Counted from the stretch's first letter, positions 22,457 through 32,564 are shown. The stretch: DNA of 33,121 nt from Candidatus Caenarcanales bacterium (GCA_033761855.1 JANRMG010000072.1:1-33121), one strand, 5' to 3'. Notes: generated by a model not told the origin, from the letters alone. A program made the numbers and translations.

Positions 22457-23623
22457 TTGATCATAAATTCAATAAAATCTAATTTTTTGAAGCAAAGAAC
22501 TTTCAACTCGTCTGCACATCATAAAAGTTTTAATAACAAAGCAATAATTAAAAGTCGAAGTTTCTTTCATTCAAAACATGAAAGTTCAAAACTAATTTCA
22601 ATAGATGCTTTTCCTTCAAAAGAACATTTTGAAGCTTTACATACAGATCAGCAAACTGCATTATGGATAACAATTAGGAAGTGGGTTATTGATAATTTAA
22701 ACAACGGTACTTTTTCTCAAGGAGACTACTTTCCAAAGGATCAAGAAATTGCCAATAACTTCGGAGTTTCATTAAAAGCAATCGAAAGTTGTCTCAATAT
22801 GCTTATTTTGACGGATGGTCTTTTGCAGCGCTGTAAAGGCCAACCAACCGTTTTAATGAAGCCTACAACCTTACAAGAAATAAAAAAAATAGAATTTCTG
22901 TCTGAAACTAGTGACATTCCTCTTGAATTTAGACTTTATACAACCTATCACAGAGCGGTTTATGCTTGGTCAAAATATATAGCTCAAAACAATATAAGTG
23001 GAGAGATTAAACTCAAAGATCTAATTCCGCAAATTAAAGAAGCTTTTAAATTGCCGGATTATGGGAGCTTATCGGGAGCAGACAGTGTTTTAATTTGGCC
23101 CGTAATAAAGTTTTTTTCTCTACCAGTTGTTAACTCTATAGAGAGTACCGAAGGGAAAAGAGGATTTTATTCAATTCATAATATGCCAAAACTTGATCCT
23201 AATTTAATCTCATTAGTTCCTCCTAGTAGAACACCTGCTGATGTTATTTTATGTGAATTTCTTGTTCCCTTGATCAGATCAATGATTCAACAAGGTAAAA
23301 GCGGAAATCCACTGCCTACAACTAGAGAATTAGAAAAACAAATATCTGAAAAATTAGTTCCTTTTGGTTATGGGGTCAGTAAAACCCTCACTGGAACTGT
23401 TTATAGAAGACTTGAAGATTTAAAAATAATAGAGCCCACATATACAACTACAATCCATGGAGGAGAACCAAGATTTCACATTCGCAAAGACTTGGATAAA
23501 TCTAATTTAAGAAATCTCCTGTCTAATATCTCCCCTTGGCCTTTTCAATCATGGACAATAAAACTACTCAATCCAAGACCTGAAACACAGCAATTTATTA
23601 ATGAAACACTAATAAAAATGTAA
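22457..23623 (+). CDS. hypothetical protein built from two or three GntR-like winged-helix domains; start uncertain
   Basis: IRKWVIDNLNNGTFSQGDYFPKDQEIANNFGVSLKAIESCLNMLILTDGLLQRCKGQPTVL and LIRSMIQQGKSGNPLPTTRELEKQISEKL...VSKTLTGTVYRRLEDLKIIEP both look like GntR-type wHTH. No effector domain. TTG start without SD, and no in-frame ATG for >100 codons. Confidence 0.5.
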   Translation: MIINSIKSNFLKQRTFNSSAHHKSFNNKAIIKSRSFFHSKHESSKLISIDAFPSKEHFEALHTDQQTALWITIRKWVIDNLNNGTFSQGDYFPKDQEIANNFGVSLKAIESCLNMLILTDGLLQRCKGQPTVLMKPTTLQEIKKIEFLSETSDIPLEFRLYTTYHRAVYAWSKYIAQNNISGEIKLKDLIPQIKEAFKLPDYGSLSGADSVLIWPVIKFFSLPVVNSIESTEGKRGFYSIHNMPKLDPNLISLVPPSRTPADVILCEFLVPLIRSMIQQGKSGNPLPTTRELEKQISEKLVPFGYGVSKTLTGTVYRRLEDLKIIEPTYTTTIHGGEPRFHIRKDLDKSNLRNLLSNISPWPFQSWTIKLLNPRPETQQFINETLIKM

Positions 23624-23629
23624 TAAAAC

Positions 23630-24190
23630 CTAAACCCCATCCAAAGCCTTACCCACACGCTTTAAATCTTTCTTAGCACCGAATTTGGTATAAATCATTT
23701 GGGCTTTAAACAAATGCTCCAAGGCATTCTCGCGATTACCGAGTTTTTTATAAATATTGCCCAAATCTTCCTCCGTATGAGGGTTGGCAGGATTGAGAGT
23801 TAAAGCTTTTTCGTAATCAACGATGGCTGCTTCGTAATTTTTTTGTTTGTATTTGCATAAACCGCGCAAATCGTAGGCTCTGTCGTTCTTTGGATTGACT
23901 TTAATTGCCTGTGTTAAAACCTCTATGGCTGAATCGAATTCATTGAGGTGATACTTACAATGACCAAGAGCCGCTAAAGAAGCATCATCTTTTGGATTTT
24001 GTTTAACAAGCTGCGTAAACAAACGGTCACATTCAGAATACTTTTTTGTTTTTTCTGCTTTAAGAGCTTGAAACCGAAGGATGGATTCAGGAATGTGAAT
24101 TTGACTACAACCGCAAAACATAGCTGCCAAAGCGACCACAAGAGCTGCAAATTGTAGCTTTAAAGAAACGAAATTTTTGCTTATTTTCAC
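23630..24190 (-). CDS. TPR-repeat lipoprotein
   Basis: Lipobox AAMFCGC after a hydrophobic leader, followed by 3-4 TPR-like repeats (AL..LG.CKY.L.EFD.AIE...QAI..NPKN etc.). Confidence 0.8.
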   Translation of the reverse strand: MKISKNFVSLKLQFAALVVALAAMFCGCSQIHIPESILRFQALKAEKTKKYSECDRLFTQLVKQNPKDDASLAALGHCKYHLNEFDSAIEVLTQAIKVNPKNDRAYDLRGLCKYKQKNYEAAIVDYEKALTLNPANPHTEEDLGNIYKKLGNRENALEHLFKAQMIYTKFGAKKDLKRVGKALDGV

Positions 24191-24656
24191 AAACTCAAGT
24201 TTAAATCAACAACTTAAACTAACACAAAAGAATTGCAAAGATAAACAAAATTCTTAATTAGCAAACCTATATCAAATTTTCTTAATCAAAGAGTCTATTC
24301 AAGCGGTCAAGCTTTTCATGCATATCAATACTTGCTTCGATTTCTTGCTCTTCATCATCCTGCCTTATAAGTTCTTCGTCTAATGTGGTTTCTTCTTCCA
24401 ATAAGAAAGGAGCAGGGACCCCATTATAAAGCAATGTCCCAAATCGAAGCCCAAATGCTCATCTTCCGTAGCAATATTTTTTCTCTTTTCATGATTGTTT
24501 TCATTATTAATCTATTTATTTATGATACCTTCGGGACTGAAAACCTTCATCTGAATAGTGTAAGCAAATAGTAATGAATTGTAACCATAAAACTGATTAC
24601 AATAAAGAAAGTGTTTGTGCAACTCCCTAATCACTCTCAGCGAGGAATTTAACCCT

Positions 24657-25184
24657 TTAGAGATTATTTTTGATGCTTTCTAAATCTGTATCTGGGATTT
24701 CATTTGCAGAATTTTCTAGGCTTTTAAATAAATCTTCCAAGCTGTTTTCAATATGTTTAATTATTTCCTCTTGGTTTGTGTAACTAAAAGCCGAAGAAAC
24801 CGACCAAGTGAGGCTAGAAAAATTCTCTAACTGTTTGAAACCTTCTCTGTCTGCTTCATAAGACATTTTGAGTTTAGCTAATTTATCTTGTGTTTCTAAA
24901 GTTACTTTTAGTGATGAATCTTTAGAGGTTTTGCTTTTTTTGAGTTTTGTGCTTAAAAAAGTTTTTAATTCGTTGGAGATTACTTTTCGCTCTTCTTGAG
25001 ACATATCGCCGCTTATTTTTAAATTGAGATTAATTTTTTGGATTTCCTCTTCAATCACCGCCTCCAAGGGCTGCTCCCGAACCGCATTTGTTTTTATAAT
25101 GCCTTCGGCAAAACCACCATTAAAAGCAAGAACACAAATTAAAAAAGAGATAGAAAATGAAAAGGCTAATTTTTTGTTGTTCAT
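24657..25184 (-). CDS. secreted hypothetical protein
   Basis: Signal peptide MNNKKLAFSFSISFLICVLAFNGGFAEG. Starts 13 nt downstream of the glucosidase gene on the same strand. No motif recognised. Confidence 0.5.
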   Translation of the reverse strand: MNNKKLAFSFSISFLICVLAFNGGFAEGIIKTNAVREQPLEAVIEEEIQKINLNLKISGDMSQEERKVISNELKTFLSTKLKKSKTSKDSSLKVTLETQDKLAKLKMSYEADREGFKQLENFSSLTWSVSSAFSYTNQEEIIKHIENSLEDLFKSLENSANEIPDTDLESIKNNL

Positions 25185-25196
25185 GATTTTGGGAGA

Positions 25197-27224
25197 TTAT
25201 GAAGTTTTTTCAAAAATTAATTTGTAAGCCCTTAGGATTTCCGCCACTGAACGGGCAGAAGCATAACATCCTTGGGGTTTATTATGTTCTTTAGCATTTT
25301 CACAGCCCGGGAAATACAACTCAGAAAGATTACCAATGGCACAGTCCTGAACCATCTTTCCGAGATTGTCAAAAATTTTAATGGTAGCTTTCTTGTCCAA
25401 AAAGACTTTGTAATGAGCGATTGCAAAATGTCCGAGCAACCATGGCCAAATGCTTTCAGTATAAATATTGTTTTCTAGGTTTTTTTCAGCTTTAACTCCG
25501 CAGGGCCTTAGAAGATGTTTCTCGACGGTTAGAACAATTGCTCTTTGCTCGCTCAACAGGATTGGTGAATAAGGCAATGAAACCGCAAAAATTTGATTTG
25601 CTCTAATCGAAGCATCCATCGAACCATCGGGACAATCAATTACATCGAAGAGACAGTTTTTATTTATATTCCAAAAGCGTAAAAAGTTTCTTCTAATTTT
25701 GCGGGCATTTTCCAGGTAGTATTCCTGGTTAGCTTTTATATCTAACTTCTCTGACCAATCAGCCATTAGCTTTAAGGCGTTGTACCAAAGAGCATTTATT
25801 TCAACGGCTTTACCTGCTCTTTTAACCTCTTTGGAAGCCAATCCTTTGTTTTCTGGGTTTCTATTCATCCAGGTTAAGGAGGTTTTTTCGTCTCCGGCTC
25901 TCAATAAGCCATCCAGAGGGTCAACTTTGATTCCGTTTAAAGTACCTAGTACAAAGTAATGAATAACTTCATCAAGTTGAATGAACAAATCACGAATGAA
26001 TTCAAGGTCAGAAGTTCTTTGGAAATAATCATTGAGCGCGATAAAAAACAATAGAGAGCAATCAACGTTGCCGAAGCTTTCCTCTGTAATCGGTGAATTT
26101 GGGTTACAAGGCAAAAGACCGTTTTTAAATTTGCAGCACAAGTTTAAAAGAAGTTTTTTTGCTTCTCTGGGATTGTTGATTGTAAGGCCCGAAAGACTTA
26201 TGAGAGTATCACGAGTCGATTCACCCTCATAAGGATAACCCGCAATTACCGAGAGAGTAGAAGAGTTATTATGTGTAACTAAAAATTCCTGAGAGGCAAG
26301 ATCCAGATAGCGAAGCCAGCTTGGATAATCATAATTATGTGTCCAGCTTTTTTCTAAATAATTGATCTCACGGTCTAGTTTTTGTCTGTAAGCTTTTATG
26401 CCATCGAGTTCTGGGTCAGGCCTGCAAGAAAGTACAAGAGTACAGACCTCTTTGGGAGCCAAAGTTTTTCTTAAAGTTACAGCTTTAAAGTGGTCTTCAA
26501 GACAGTTCGTCTTTTTATTTTCTTCAATCTTTAATTTATAACCTTTGTACCAATGCTGTTCAAGAGCGGTCTCACTGTTTTTCATTTGTGCATAAAACTT
26601 AAAAGCGTTTTGGCTATTAGCACTGAAACTGCATCCGTAAACTGTTTTTTCTGATCGAAAGTCTAGATTTGGAGCGAATAAATGGTGATGATTGCGGAAA
26701 TTTACAAAAACGTCAATTGCAAGATCAACCGTTGATTCTTCCCCAGAGAGATAGTAGCTAACGAAAGTAGTGTTTTCTTTTTCTTCCATCCAAAGGCGTT
26801 TTTCTAGGATTGAATCCCCAATTTGGTAAATCCAAACCGGAGTACTTCCTTCGAGCCTAAATTCTTTTAAAAATTTATAACCTTTGGGTACTATCGCTCC
26901 ATCGGCCCAACGGTCGGTGGACAAAGGGAAGCAGGTATCATCAACGGTAATATTTTCACTAATTTTAGGAAAGAGTAAAAACCGTTCATCTAGCTCACCA
27001 GAGTTAGAACACACCAATAATCCGTGGTGTCTGCGAGTTAATATTCCAGAGATAGTACCTGAGGCATAGCTTCCAATGCCATTTGTAACTAGCCACTCTT
27101 TTTCTTCAAGAAGTGAGATATCTGTTAATTCATTACCCTCAACGAGCATTGATTGTTTAGACATTGAGCAGATCCTTTTACCTAAATCTTCTTTTGACTC
27201 TTGAGATGAATATCTTAGTTGCAA
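25197..27224 (-). CDS. glycogen debranching enzyme-type amylo-alpha-1,6-glucosidase (GDE_N + GDE_C); likely true start ATG 27164
   Basis: EWLVTNGIGSYASGTISGILTRRHHGLLV (bacterial/archaeal GDE N-domain), then an (alpha/alpha)6-type C-domain. AAAGGA SD 8-9 nt before ATG 27164, whereas 27224 is a TTG with no SD. Confidence 0.85.
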   Translation of the reverse strand: MQLRYSSQESKEDLGKRICSMSKQSMLVEGNELTDISLLEEKEWLVTNGIGSYASGTISGILTRRHHGLLVCSNSGELDERFLLFPKISENITVDDTCFPLSTDRWADGAIVPKGYKFLKEFRLEGSTPVWIYQIGDSILEKRLWMEEKENTTFVSYYLSGEESTVDLAIDVFVNFRNHHHLFAPNLDFRSEKTVYGCSFSANSQNAFKFYAQMKNSETALEQHWYKGYKLKIEENKKTNCLEDHFKAVTLRKTLAPKEVCTLVLSCRPDPELDGIKAYRQKLDREINYLEKSWTHNYDYPSWLRYLDLASQEFLVTHNNSSTLSVIAGYPYEGESTRDTLISLSGLTINNPREAKKLLLNLCCKFKNGLLPCNPNSPITEESFGNVDCSLLFFIALNDYFQRTSDLEFIRDLFIQLDEVIHYFVLGTLNGIKVDPLDGLLRAGDEKTSLTWMNRNPENKGLASKEVKRAGKAVEINALWYNALKLMADWSEKLDIKANQEYYLENARKIRRNFLRFWNINKNCLFDVIDCPDGSMDASIRANQIFAVSLPYSPILLSEQRAIVLTVEKHLLRPCGVKAEKNLENNIYTESIWPWLLGHFAIAHYKVFLDKKATIKIFDNLGKMVQDCAIGNLSELYFPGCENAKEHNKPQGCYASARSVAEILRAYKLIFEKTS

Positions 27225-27350
27225 AAATATTACTGTATTAGCTCAATAATTAGGAATAGCTACTAAGAAGAAGGAGTAGCAATAAGAGCTAAATTATGGG
27301 AATATGCCTTTTAGGTTTTTTGGGGTTTATGAATTAATTTGTGAATCAAC

Positions 27351-29687
27351 ATGAATGAAGAAAGTAACTTTCGTAAAGATTTAGCAGAGCTAAAAAGCTC
27401 AATCAATCAACTAAATCATAAAATTTTAGACCTTGAAAAACGTTATGAAGAATCTTCGTTTCCAGAGAAGTTTGGAACAGAAGAAACAGAAAAAAACAAA
27501 TCGAGCAAAACTGAAAACCTCTTTGAAAAACTTGAAAATGGCAGTGCCTCGATACCAAATATCATTCAGAATTTAAAAAACAAAGATTTACAAAAAACAG
27601 ATTCAACAAAAATTGGAAAGTCAGGTAAGCCTTTCTCAAAGCTTAAAGTCCCCAAAATTAGTTTTATAAATCTGTTCGGAGCAATCACCGTTGTGATTGC
27701 AATAGTTATATTTTTTAAACTTGCAATTGATAAAGGCTGGTTGGTCGCAACAGCGCGCGTTGCTATTGGTTATATTTTCGGTTTAGCTTCATTGGCTTTG
27801 GGAGAGTATTGCCAAAAGAAAAATTACAATTCGGCTTCAATTGGCTTTTTAGGACTGGGGCAAATGGTTCTTTTCCTCACAACTTGGTTTTCGGAGCGGT
27901 ACTTTAATTTAATTACTTGGCCTGTCGCTTTTGCTTGTTATTTAGCAATCACCGCTTTGGTTGCAGCTCAGTCTTTGCGTTATAATTCGCAAGCTGTTGC
28001 AACTTTTGGACTTTTGGGTGGTTTTTTGGTTCCGTTTTTAGTGACTTTTGGCTCTCAGTCTTCAAGAGGCAACTTGGTGTTTGTAGCCGCTTATTATTTG
28101 GTTTTGGCCGCTGGTGTTTTATTTATTGCTTACAAAAAATCCTGGAATGTTCTTAAATGGCTATCTTTTTTGGTTAATTTTCTTTTTCTCTTTGTCTGGG
28201 CTTTTTCAGTTGCCTTTTCTCAAGAGGCAGACAAATTAACAAATATAGATTTACAACTCAATTACTATTTGCCTTTTCTCTTTGCTTTCTTTGTGCTTTA
28301 TTTGGCTATTGCTTGCTACCGCAGCTTGTCTCTCAAAACACCATTAGACAGCTTCGATTTAGGTTTAGTGATTTGTGTTGGAGCTTTTAGTGTCATCGAT
28401 GCTTTAATCGCTTTAGAGGGCAAGCACCAAGTTTACGTTGGTTTAGCGTGTATTTTAGTGTCTTTTGTTTATGCTTTTATTTGTGGAGAGCAGCTTAAAC
28501 GCGGCATTAAGAGTAAAAAAGACTTTAATACTTTTTTAACGGTAGCAGTTTTCTTTATTACAATTGCAATTCGTCTCATTGTTCCAATTAAGTTAGTTAG
28601 CATTGCTTGGGCTCTTCAGGCCATGGCTTTGGCTTATTTATCAAGCAAAAAAGATTTGGAGTTTTTAAAAACAAATTATTTGTTAATTCTTTTAATCATT
28701 GTCTTTAGGCTTTTGCTGGTGGATGAGCTATTTTCTTCGGCTATAGTAATTAATACAGCTGGTACTATCAAAAAGTATACCCCTTTCACTTTGCCGACCA
28801 TATCAGGTTTGTTGTCGGTTGTCTCTTTCTTTTACTGTCTTGGGCAATACGAAAAATCTCTGCAGGAATCAACAAGTGAGTTAGAAAAATCAAAACCAAA
28901 AAACCATTCGCTTATTGCTTTTCTACTTTGGGCCGGAGTTTTGTTTGGTTCCTTATTTTGCTTTTCGCGAGAATTTAATGGTCTTGCCAATTATTTTTTC
29001 TCTTCCAGCGCGGCTCAAGGCTTCAACCAATTTTTGATCATTATTTTTGTAACAGGCATTATTTGGACTTTTTGCACAACACAACTTCAAACTTACAACC
29101 GCAGTAAAACCTGGCTCATAAATATTTTTTGTGGTGTCGTTGTTCTGGAGAGTCTAAACACCTTTTACAATTTGGGAACTTATAATCATTCCGAAATTTT
29201 AATTTCACAAATCAGTTCTCTAGGGCTTTTATTACTGCTAATTTCTATTTTTATATTGGCAAAATATTTACCAGAATCTTCATCCAGAGAGAATTTAAAA
29301 ACATTTATGTTTGCCCTTGGAATTTTGTTGCTTATGCTGTTTATTCGACGAGAGGCTTATTTGGCAACTTATTTTATTAAAAACAAAGATATTTACCAAA
29401 TTATTCTTTCGATTTCTTACTCACTTTTGGCTCTGGCGGTTTATGTTTGGGGTTTATTAAAACAACAAAAATCCAAAATCTGGATTTCTTACATTTTGTT
29501 TCTTTTTGTTGGGTTTAAAGTTTACTTTAACGACTTGGCAGATTTAGAGCAAATTTACCGTGGATTAAGCTTGTTGGGTTTTGGCTCTATACTTTTGCTA
29601 TGCTCTTTCTTAGAACAAAAAATAAATCAACAAAGGGATGCTCTATTGGAAGCTCAGTCCCAAAGAGATTCTCAAGAGGATAATTAA
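27351..29687 (+). CDS. polytopic membrane protein, DUF2339-like (N-terminal coiled coil + >15 TM helices)
   Basis: An N-terminal coiled-coil/charged ~100 aa precedes many repeated hydrophobic helices. The architecture matches my memory of DUF2339. Confidence 0.6.
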   Translation: MNEESNFRKDLAELKSSINQLNHKILDLEKRYEESSFPEKFGTEETEKNKSSKTENLFEKLENGSASIPNIIQNLKNKDLQKTDSTKIGKSGKPFSKLKVPKISFINLFGAITVVIAIVIFFKLAIDKGWLVATARVAIGYIFGLASLALGEYCQKKNYNSASIGFLGLGQMVLFLTTWFSERYFNLITWPVAFACYLAITALVAAQSLRYNSQAVATFGLLGGFLVPFLVTFGSQSSRGNLVFVAAYYLVLAAGVLFIAYKKSWNVLKWLSFLVNFLFLFVWAFSVAFSQEADKLTNIDLQLNYYLPFLFAFFVLYLAIACYRSLSLKTPLDSFDLGLVICVGAFSVIDALIALEGKHQVYVGLACILVSFVYAFICGEQLKRGIKSKKDFNTFLTVAVFFITIAIRLIVPIKLVSIAWALQAMALAYLSSKKDLEFLKTNYLLILLIIVFRLLLVDELFSSAIVINTAGTIKKYTPFTLPTISGLLSVVSFFYCLGQYEKSLQESTSELEKSKPKNHSLIAFLLWAGVLFGSLFCFSREFNGLANYFFSSSAAQGFNQFLIIIFVTGIIWTFCTTQLQTYNRSKTWLINIFCGVVVLESLNTFYNLGTYNHSEILISQISSLGLLLLLISIFILAKYLPESSSRENLKTFMFALGILLLMLFIRREAYLATYFIKNKDIYQIILSISYSLLALAVYVWGLLKQQKSKIWISYILFLFVGFKVYFNDLADLEQIYRGLSLLGFGSILLLCSFLEQKINQQRDALLEAQSQRDSQEDN

Positions 29688-31011
29688 ATTTATGAAAACA
29701 AATATTACTTTTTCGGTTTTTCTTTTTTCTTTTATTTTTACTTTGTTTTCTTGTTTTCCCTCTTTGGGTAAGGTCAAGAAAACTCAATATCAAAGAAAAG
29801 CCAATCTTGCAATCGAGAATCCTAATCCTAAAACCGCTTACAAAGCCGAAATTCCTTTAGATTTGCTCGAAGGCAGTATTGATGGCGATCTAAGAATAGT
29901 TGATAAAAACAATAAAGAATTACCCTTTGTCTTTGAATCTGCTAGTGATGATTGGACGAGCGAAGCGAAGTCTTTAAAGATTTATAATCAATCTGTACTT
30001 GAAAACAAAGAACAGAGTTTAGAATTGGATTTGAAAGACGCCCCTGAACTTAATGAACTGGAGCTGGATATCAAAGATACAAACTTTGACCGGAGCGTAT
30101 CGGTTTATGGTCGAGACAATAAAAGCGATGATTGGAAACTCATTAAAAAGGATTTAAAAATCATAGCAAGCCAACTACCTGATCAGAAGATTGATTTCAA
30201 GCATACATCTTTAAAATTCCCCGAGACAAGATATAAATTTCTTAAACTAAAAATCACTCTAAATAACCCGGAGAAGAATTCAGTAAAGCCTTTAGAAATT
30301 CTTTCTGTGAAATCTCGATTTATAAAAAAATCTTTAGATCATGTTTTCAATTCAATTGATTTGCCTCTTCGAGAGCTCTTCATAACTAAACAAAATAAAA
30401 AATCTTCGCTATGGATTTTAGATACCCAGGATAAAGATTATAATTTCGAAAAAATTAATCTTGAATTTTCCGAGAATTCTTTTTCCCGAGACACTTTACT
30501 TTACTGCTCTGCTAAGCCAAAGCCAACATTCTTAGACGATCCAGAAATTAGTTTAATAACTTCAACGAATTTATATAAATTTAAAGATATACAGAATCTA
30601 TCAATTATCGGGCTATCTGGTAAATGTAGATATTTTATTGTGGAAATCCTTCAGGGTGATAATCTACCTATAAAGCCCTACAAAGCCAAGGGTGAAATTC
30701 GGAGAAAATTCTTAAAGTTTATTTTTGAACCTCCCTTTGAATTACCTCTTACAATCTACGCCAAGAGTACATCTAAAGATCTAGAGTTCCCTTCTTATGA
30801 CCTTGAAGTCAGAATAGCAAAGGAGAAAATAAATAATTTTCAGGTGGCACGAATTAACGAGGTTTCTCCTAATCCTGAATTTCAAGGACAATCGATCTCT
30901 AAAGAAAATAAGTATGAGGCTTTAATTCCCTATGCAGGAGCGGTTTTTCTAATAGCATTTGTTACATTTTATATTTTTTCGCTGGCAAAAAAGAATAACT
31001 TTAATTCTTAA
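29638..31011 (+). CDS. secreted, C-terminally anchored protein, DUF3999-like; likely true start ATG 29692
   Basis: AGGA 11 nt before ATG 29692, giving signal peptide MKTNITFSVFLFSFIFTLFSCFPSLG. Single C-terminal TM (ALIPYAGAVFLIAFVTFYIFSLA). Size and partner gene fit DUF3999. Confidence 0.5.
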   Translation: MLYWKLSPKEILKRIIKFMKTNITFSVFLFSFIFTLFSCFPSLGKVKKTQYQRKANLAIENPNPKTAYKAEIPLDLLEGSIDGDLRIVDKNNKELPFVFESASDDWTSEAKSLKIYNQSVLENKEQSLELDLKDAPELNELELDIKDTNFDRSVSVYGRDNKSDDWKLIKKDLKIIASQLPDQKIDFKHTSLKFPETRYKFLKLKITLNNPEKNSVKPLEILSVKSRFIKKSLDHVFNSIDLPLRELFITKQNKKSSLWILDTQDKDYNFEKINLEFSENSFSRDTLLYCSAKPKPTFLDDPEISLITSTNLYKFKDIQNLSIIGLSGKCRYFIVEILQGDNLPIKPYKAKGEIRRKFLKFIFEPPFELPLTIYAKSTSKDLEFPSYDLEVRIAKEKINNFQVARINEVSPNPEFQGQSISKENKYEALIPYAGAVFLIAFVTFYIFSLAKKNNFNS

Positions 31012-31083
31012 AATCATCGTTGAATTCTTTGTTGTAAAATGTTTTTTTATTTTTTAGCGTCTTAATTTATTAAATTCGTATTT

Positions 31084-31584
31084 ATGAAAAATCCGCTTAG
31101 ATTTTGGAATGAAAGAAGATTACAACTTAAAGATAATCTTGATTCAAAACGCTTGCCATGCTGCGTTGCAATCCCTGAATCTAAATTTGTTGAGAATGTT
31201 GGCGGGATAATCCGCACTGCCAACGCTTTTTTAATTCAAGAGGTTGTTCTTGACCAAAAAGTTTATAACAAAGCTGCAACCGCTGGAACAGCCAAATGGG
31301 AGAACATAAACGTTGTAGAAGATGTTATGAAATTCATCAAAGAAAAAGGTTATGTAAGCATAGCTTTGGAACAGCATGAAAGGAGCATACCCCTTTGGGA
31401 CTTTGAGTTTCCCCAGAACTCGGCAATTGTAATTGGTCACGAAGTGGAAGGCATGAAGGACGAAATGGTTGAACAGTGTGACTTTGTAATTGAAATCCCT
31501 CAATTTGGTTTGGTGGAGAGTCTCAATGTCTCAACCGCAACTAGCATCGCTCTCTATGAGTATTCTCGACAGCATAGAAAATAA
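31084..31584 (+). CDS. SpoU/TrmH-family RNA 2'-O-methyltransferase
   Basis: NVGGIIRTANAF, IVIGHEVEGM, IEIPQFGLVESLNVSTATSIALYEY. Confidence 0.8.
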   Translation: MKNPLRFWNERRLQLKDNLDSKRLPCCVAIPESKFVENVGGIIRTANAFLIQEVVLDQKVYNKAATAGTAKWENINVVEDVMKFIKEKGYVSIALEQHERSIPLWDFEFPQNSAIVIGHEVEGMKDEMVEQCDFVIEIPQFGLVESLNVSTATSIALYEYSRQHRK

Positions 31585-31585
31585 A

Positions 31586-32515
31586 TTATTTCTTTAAAAA
31601 CTTTTCCGGGTTTACCGGAATTCCGTTAATGTGGATTTCAAAATGCAAATGTGGACCCGTCACTCGATAGCCAGTACTTCCAACATAACCGATCAAATCG
31701 CTAACTTTAAGCTTTTGGCCTTGTTTAACCTTTATCTCAGACAAATGCATGTAAACAGTCTCAAAGTTTTCGGAGTGACGAACTGTAACTTTTCTGCCAC
31801 CCCCTGAATTGAGCGAATTAACTGTCCGGACAACTACTCCGGGGAAAGGGGCGATGATGGGATTACCCGTCCAAGCTGGGAAATCTATACCAGCGTGAAA
31901 CTGCTTACGACCGGGATTGATAGGGTCAACTCTAAAGCCGAACTTAGATTCAATTGGAAAAAATCTCCCTAAAATCATTTTAGAGTTAAAGCCATTGGCC
32001 TTCAAAACGTTGACTGGGATTCGGGATTCATCCATTAAAAATTCAAGAATGTAATTGTATAAAGCGGCTTTGTCTTGCAGAGAACTTATATCTTTGCTGG
32101 CTATTAAACCTTCAGCTGAGAGAGCCTCCTTAGTGCAAATCTCTTTTTTTAAGGCTTCCAATCGGATGGTGAGTTTCTCTTTGAGAGATTTTTCGTAAGA
32201 ATTTGTGTATGGATTTTTTATAATGAATTCAAATTGTTCTAACTCGGCAAGTTCTTCTTTAAAAGGGCCCGCTTCCTGCAAGGTTACTAAACCATTTTTA
32301 TATAATTCGTTAAAATCAGAAATTTTGTCTTTAAGCTCTTGTTCACGGTTTTGGATTAGTTCTAAAACTTTATCCTGTTTGATTGCCTCTTTCTTGCTTT
32401 CTTTTTTGCTCGTAGGTTTTGAGGTTTCTTTGTCTTTGGCAAAAGCCGGTTGTACTGCAAGAAGACACAACAGAAAAAATAAATAGATTTTATAAAACGA
32501 GGGATTCAAATTCAT
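31586..32515 (-). CDS. M23-family metallopeptidase with N-terminal coiled coil
   Basis: Signal peptide, then FHAGIDFPA...GYVGSTGYRVTGPHLHFEIHINGIPVNP (HxxxD and HxH motifs). Confidence 0.85.
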   Translation of the reverse strand: MNLNPSFYKIYLFFLLCLLAVQPAFAKDKETSKPTSKKESKKEAIKQDKVLELIQNREQELKDKISDFNELYKNGLVTLQEAGPFKEELAELEQFEFIIKNPYTNSYEKSLKEKLTIRLEALKKEICTKEALSAEGLIASKDISSLQDKAALYNYILEFLMDESRIPVNVLKANGFNSKMILGRFFPIESKFGFRVDPINPGRKQFHAGIDFPAWTGNPIIAPFPGVVVRTVNSLNSGGGRKVTVRHSENFETVYMHLSEIKVKQGQKLKVSDLIGYVGSTGYRVTGPHLHFEIHINGIPVNPEKFLKK

Positions 32516-32564
32516 AATTTTTATGAATATAACATCTTATATAAATCTTGAACACTTTAAACAA

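Noticed and set aside
24383-24571. 62-aa plus-strand ORF in the 24191-24656 gap
   Set aside because: No SD. The sequence is dominated by Phe/Ile/Leu from AT-rich DNA. The opposite strand carries more protein-like, though broken, reading frames.
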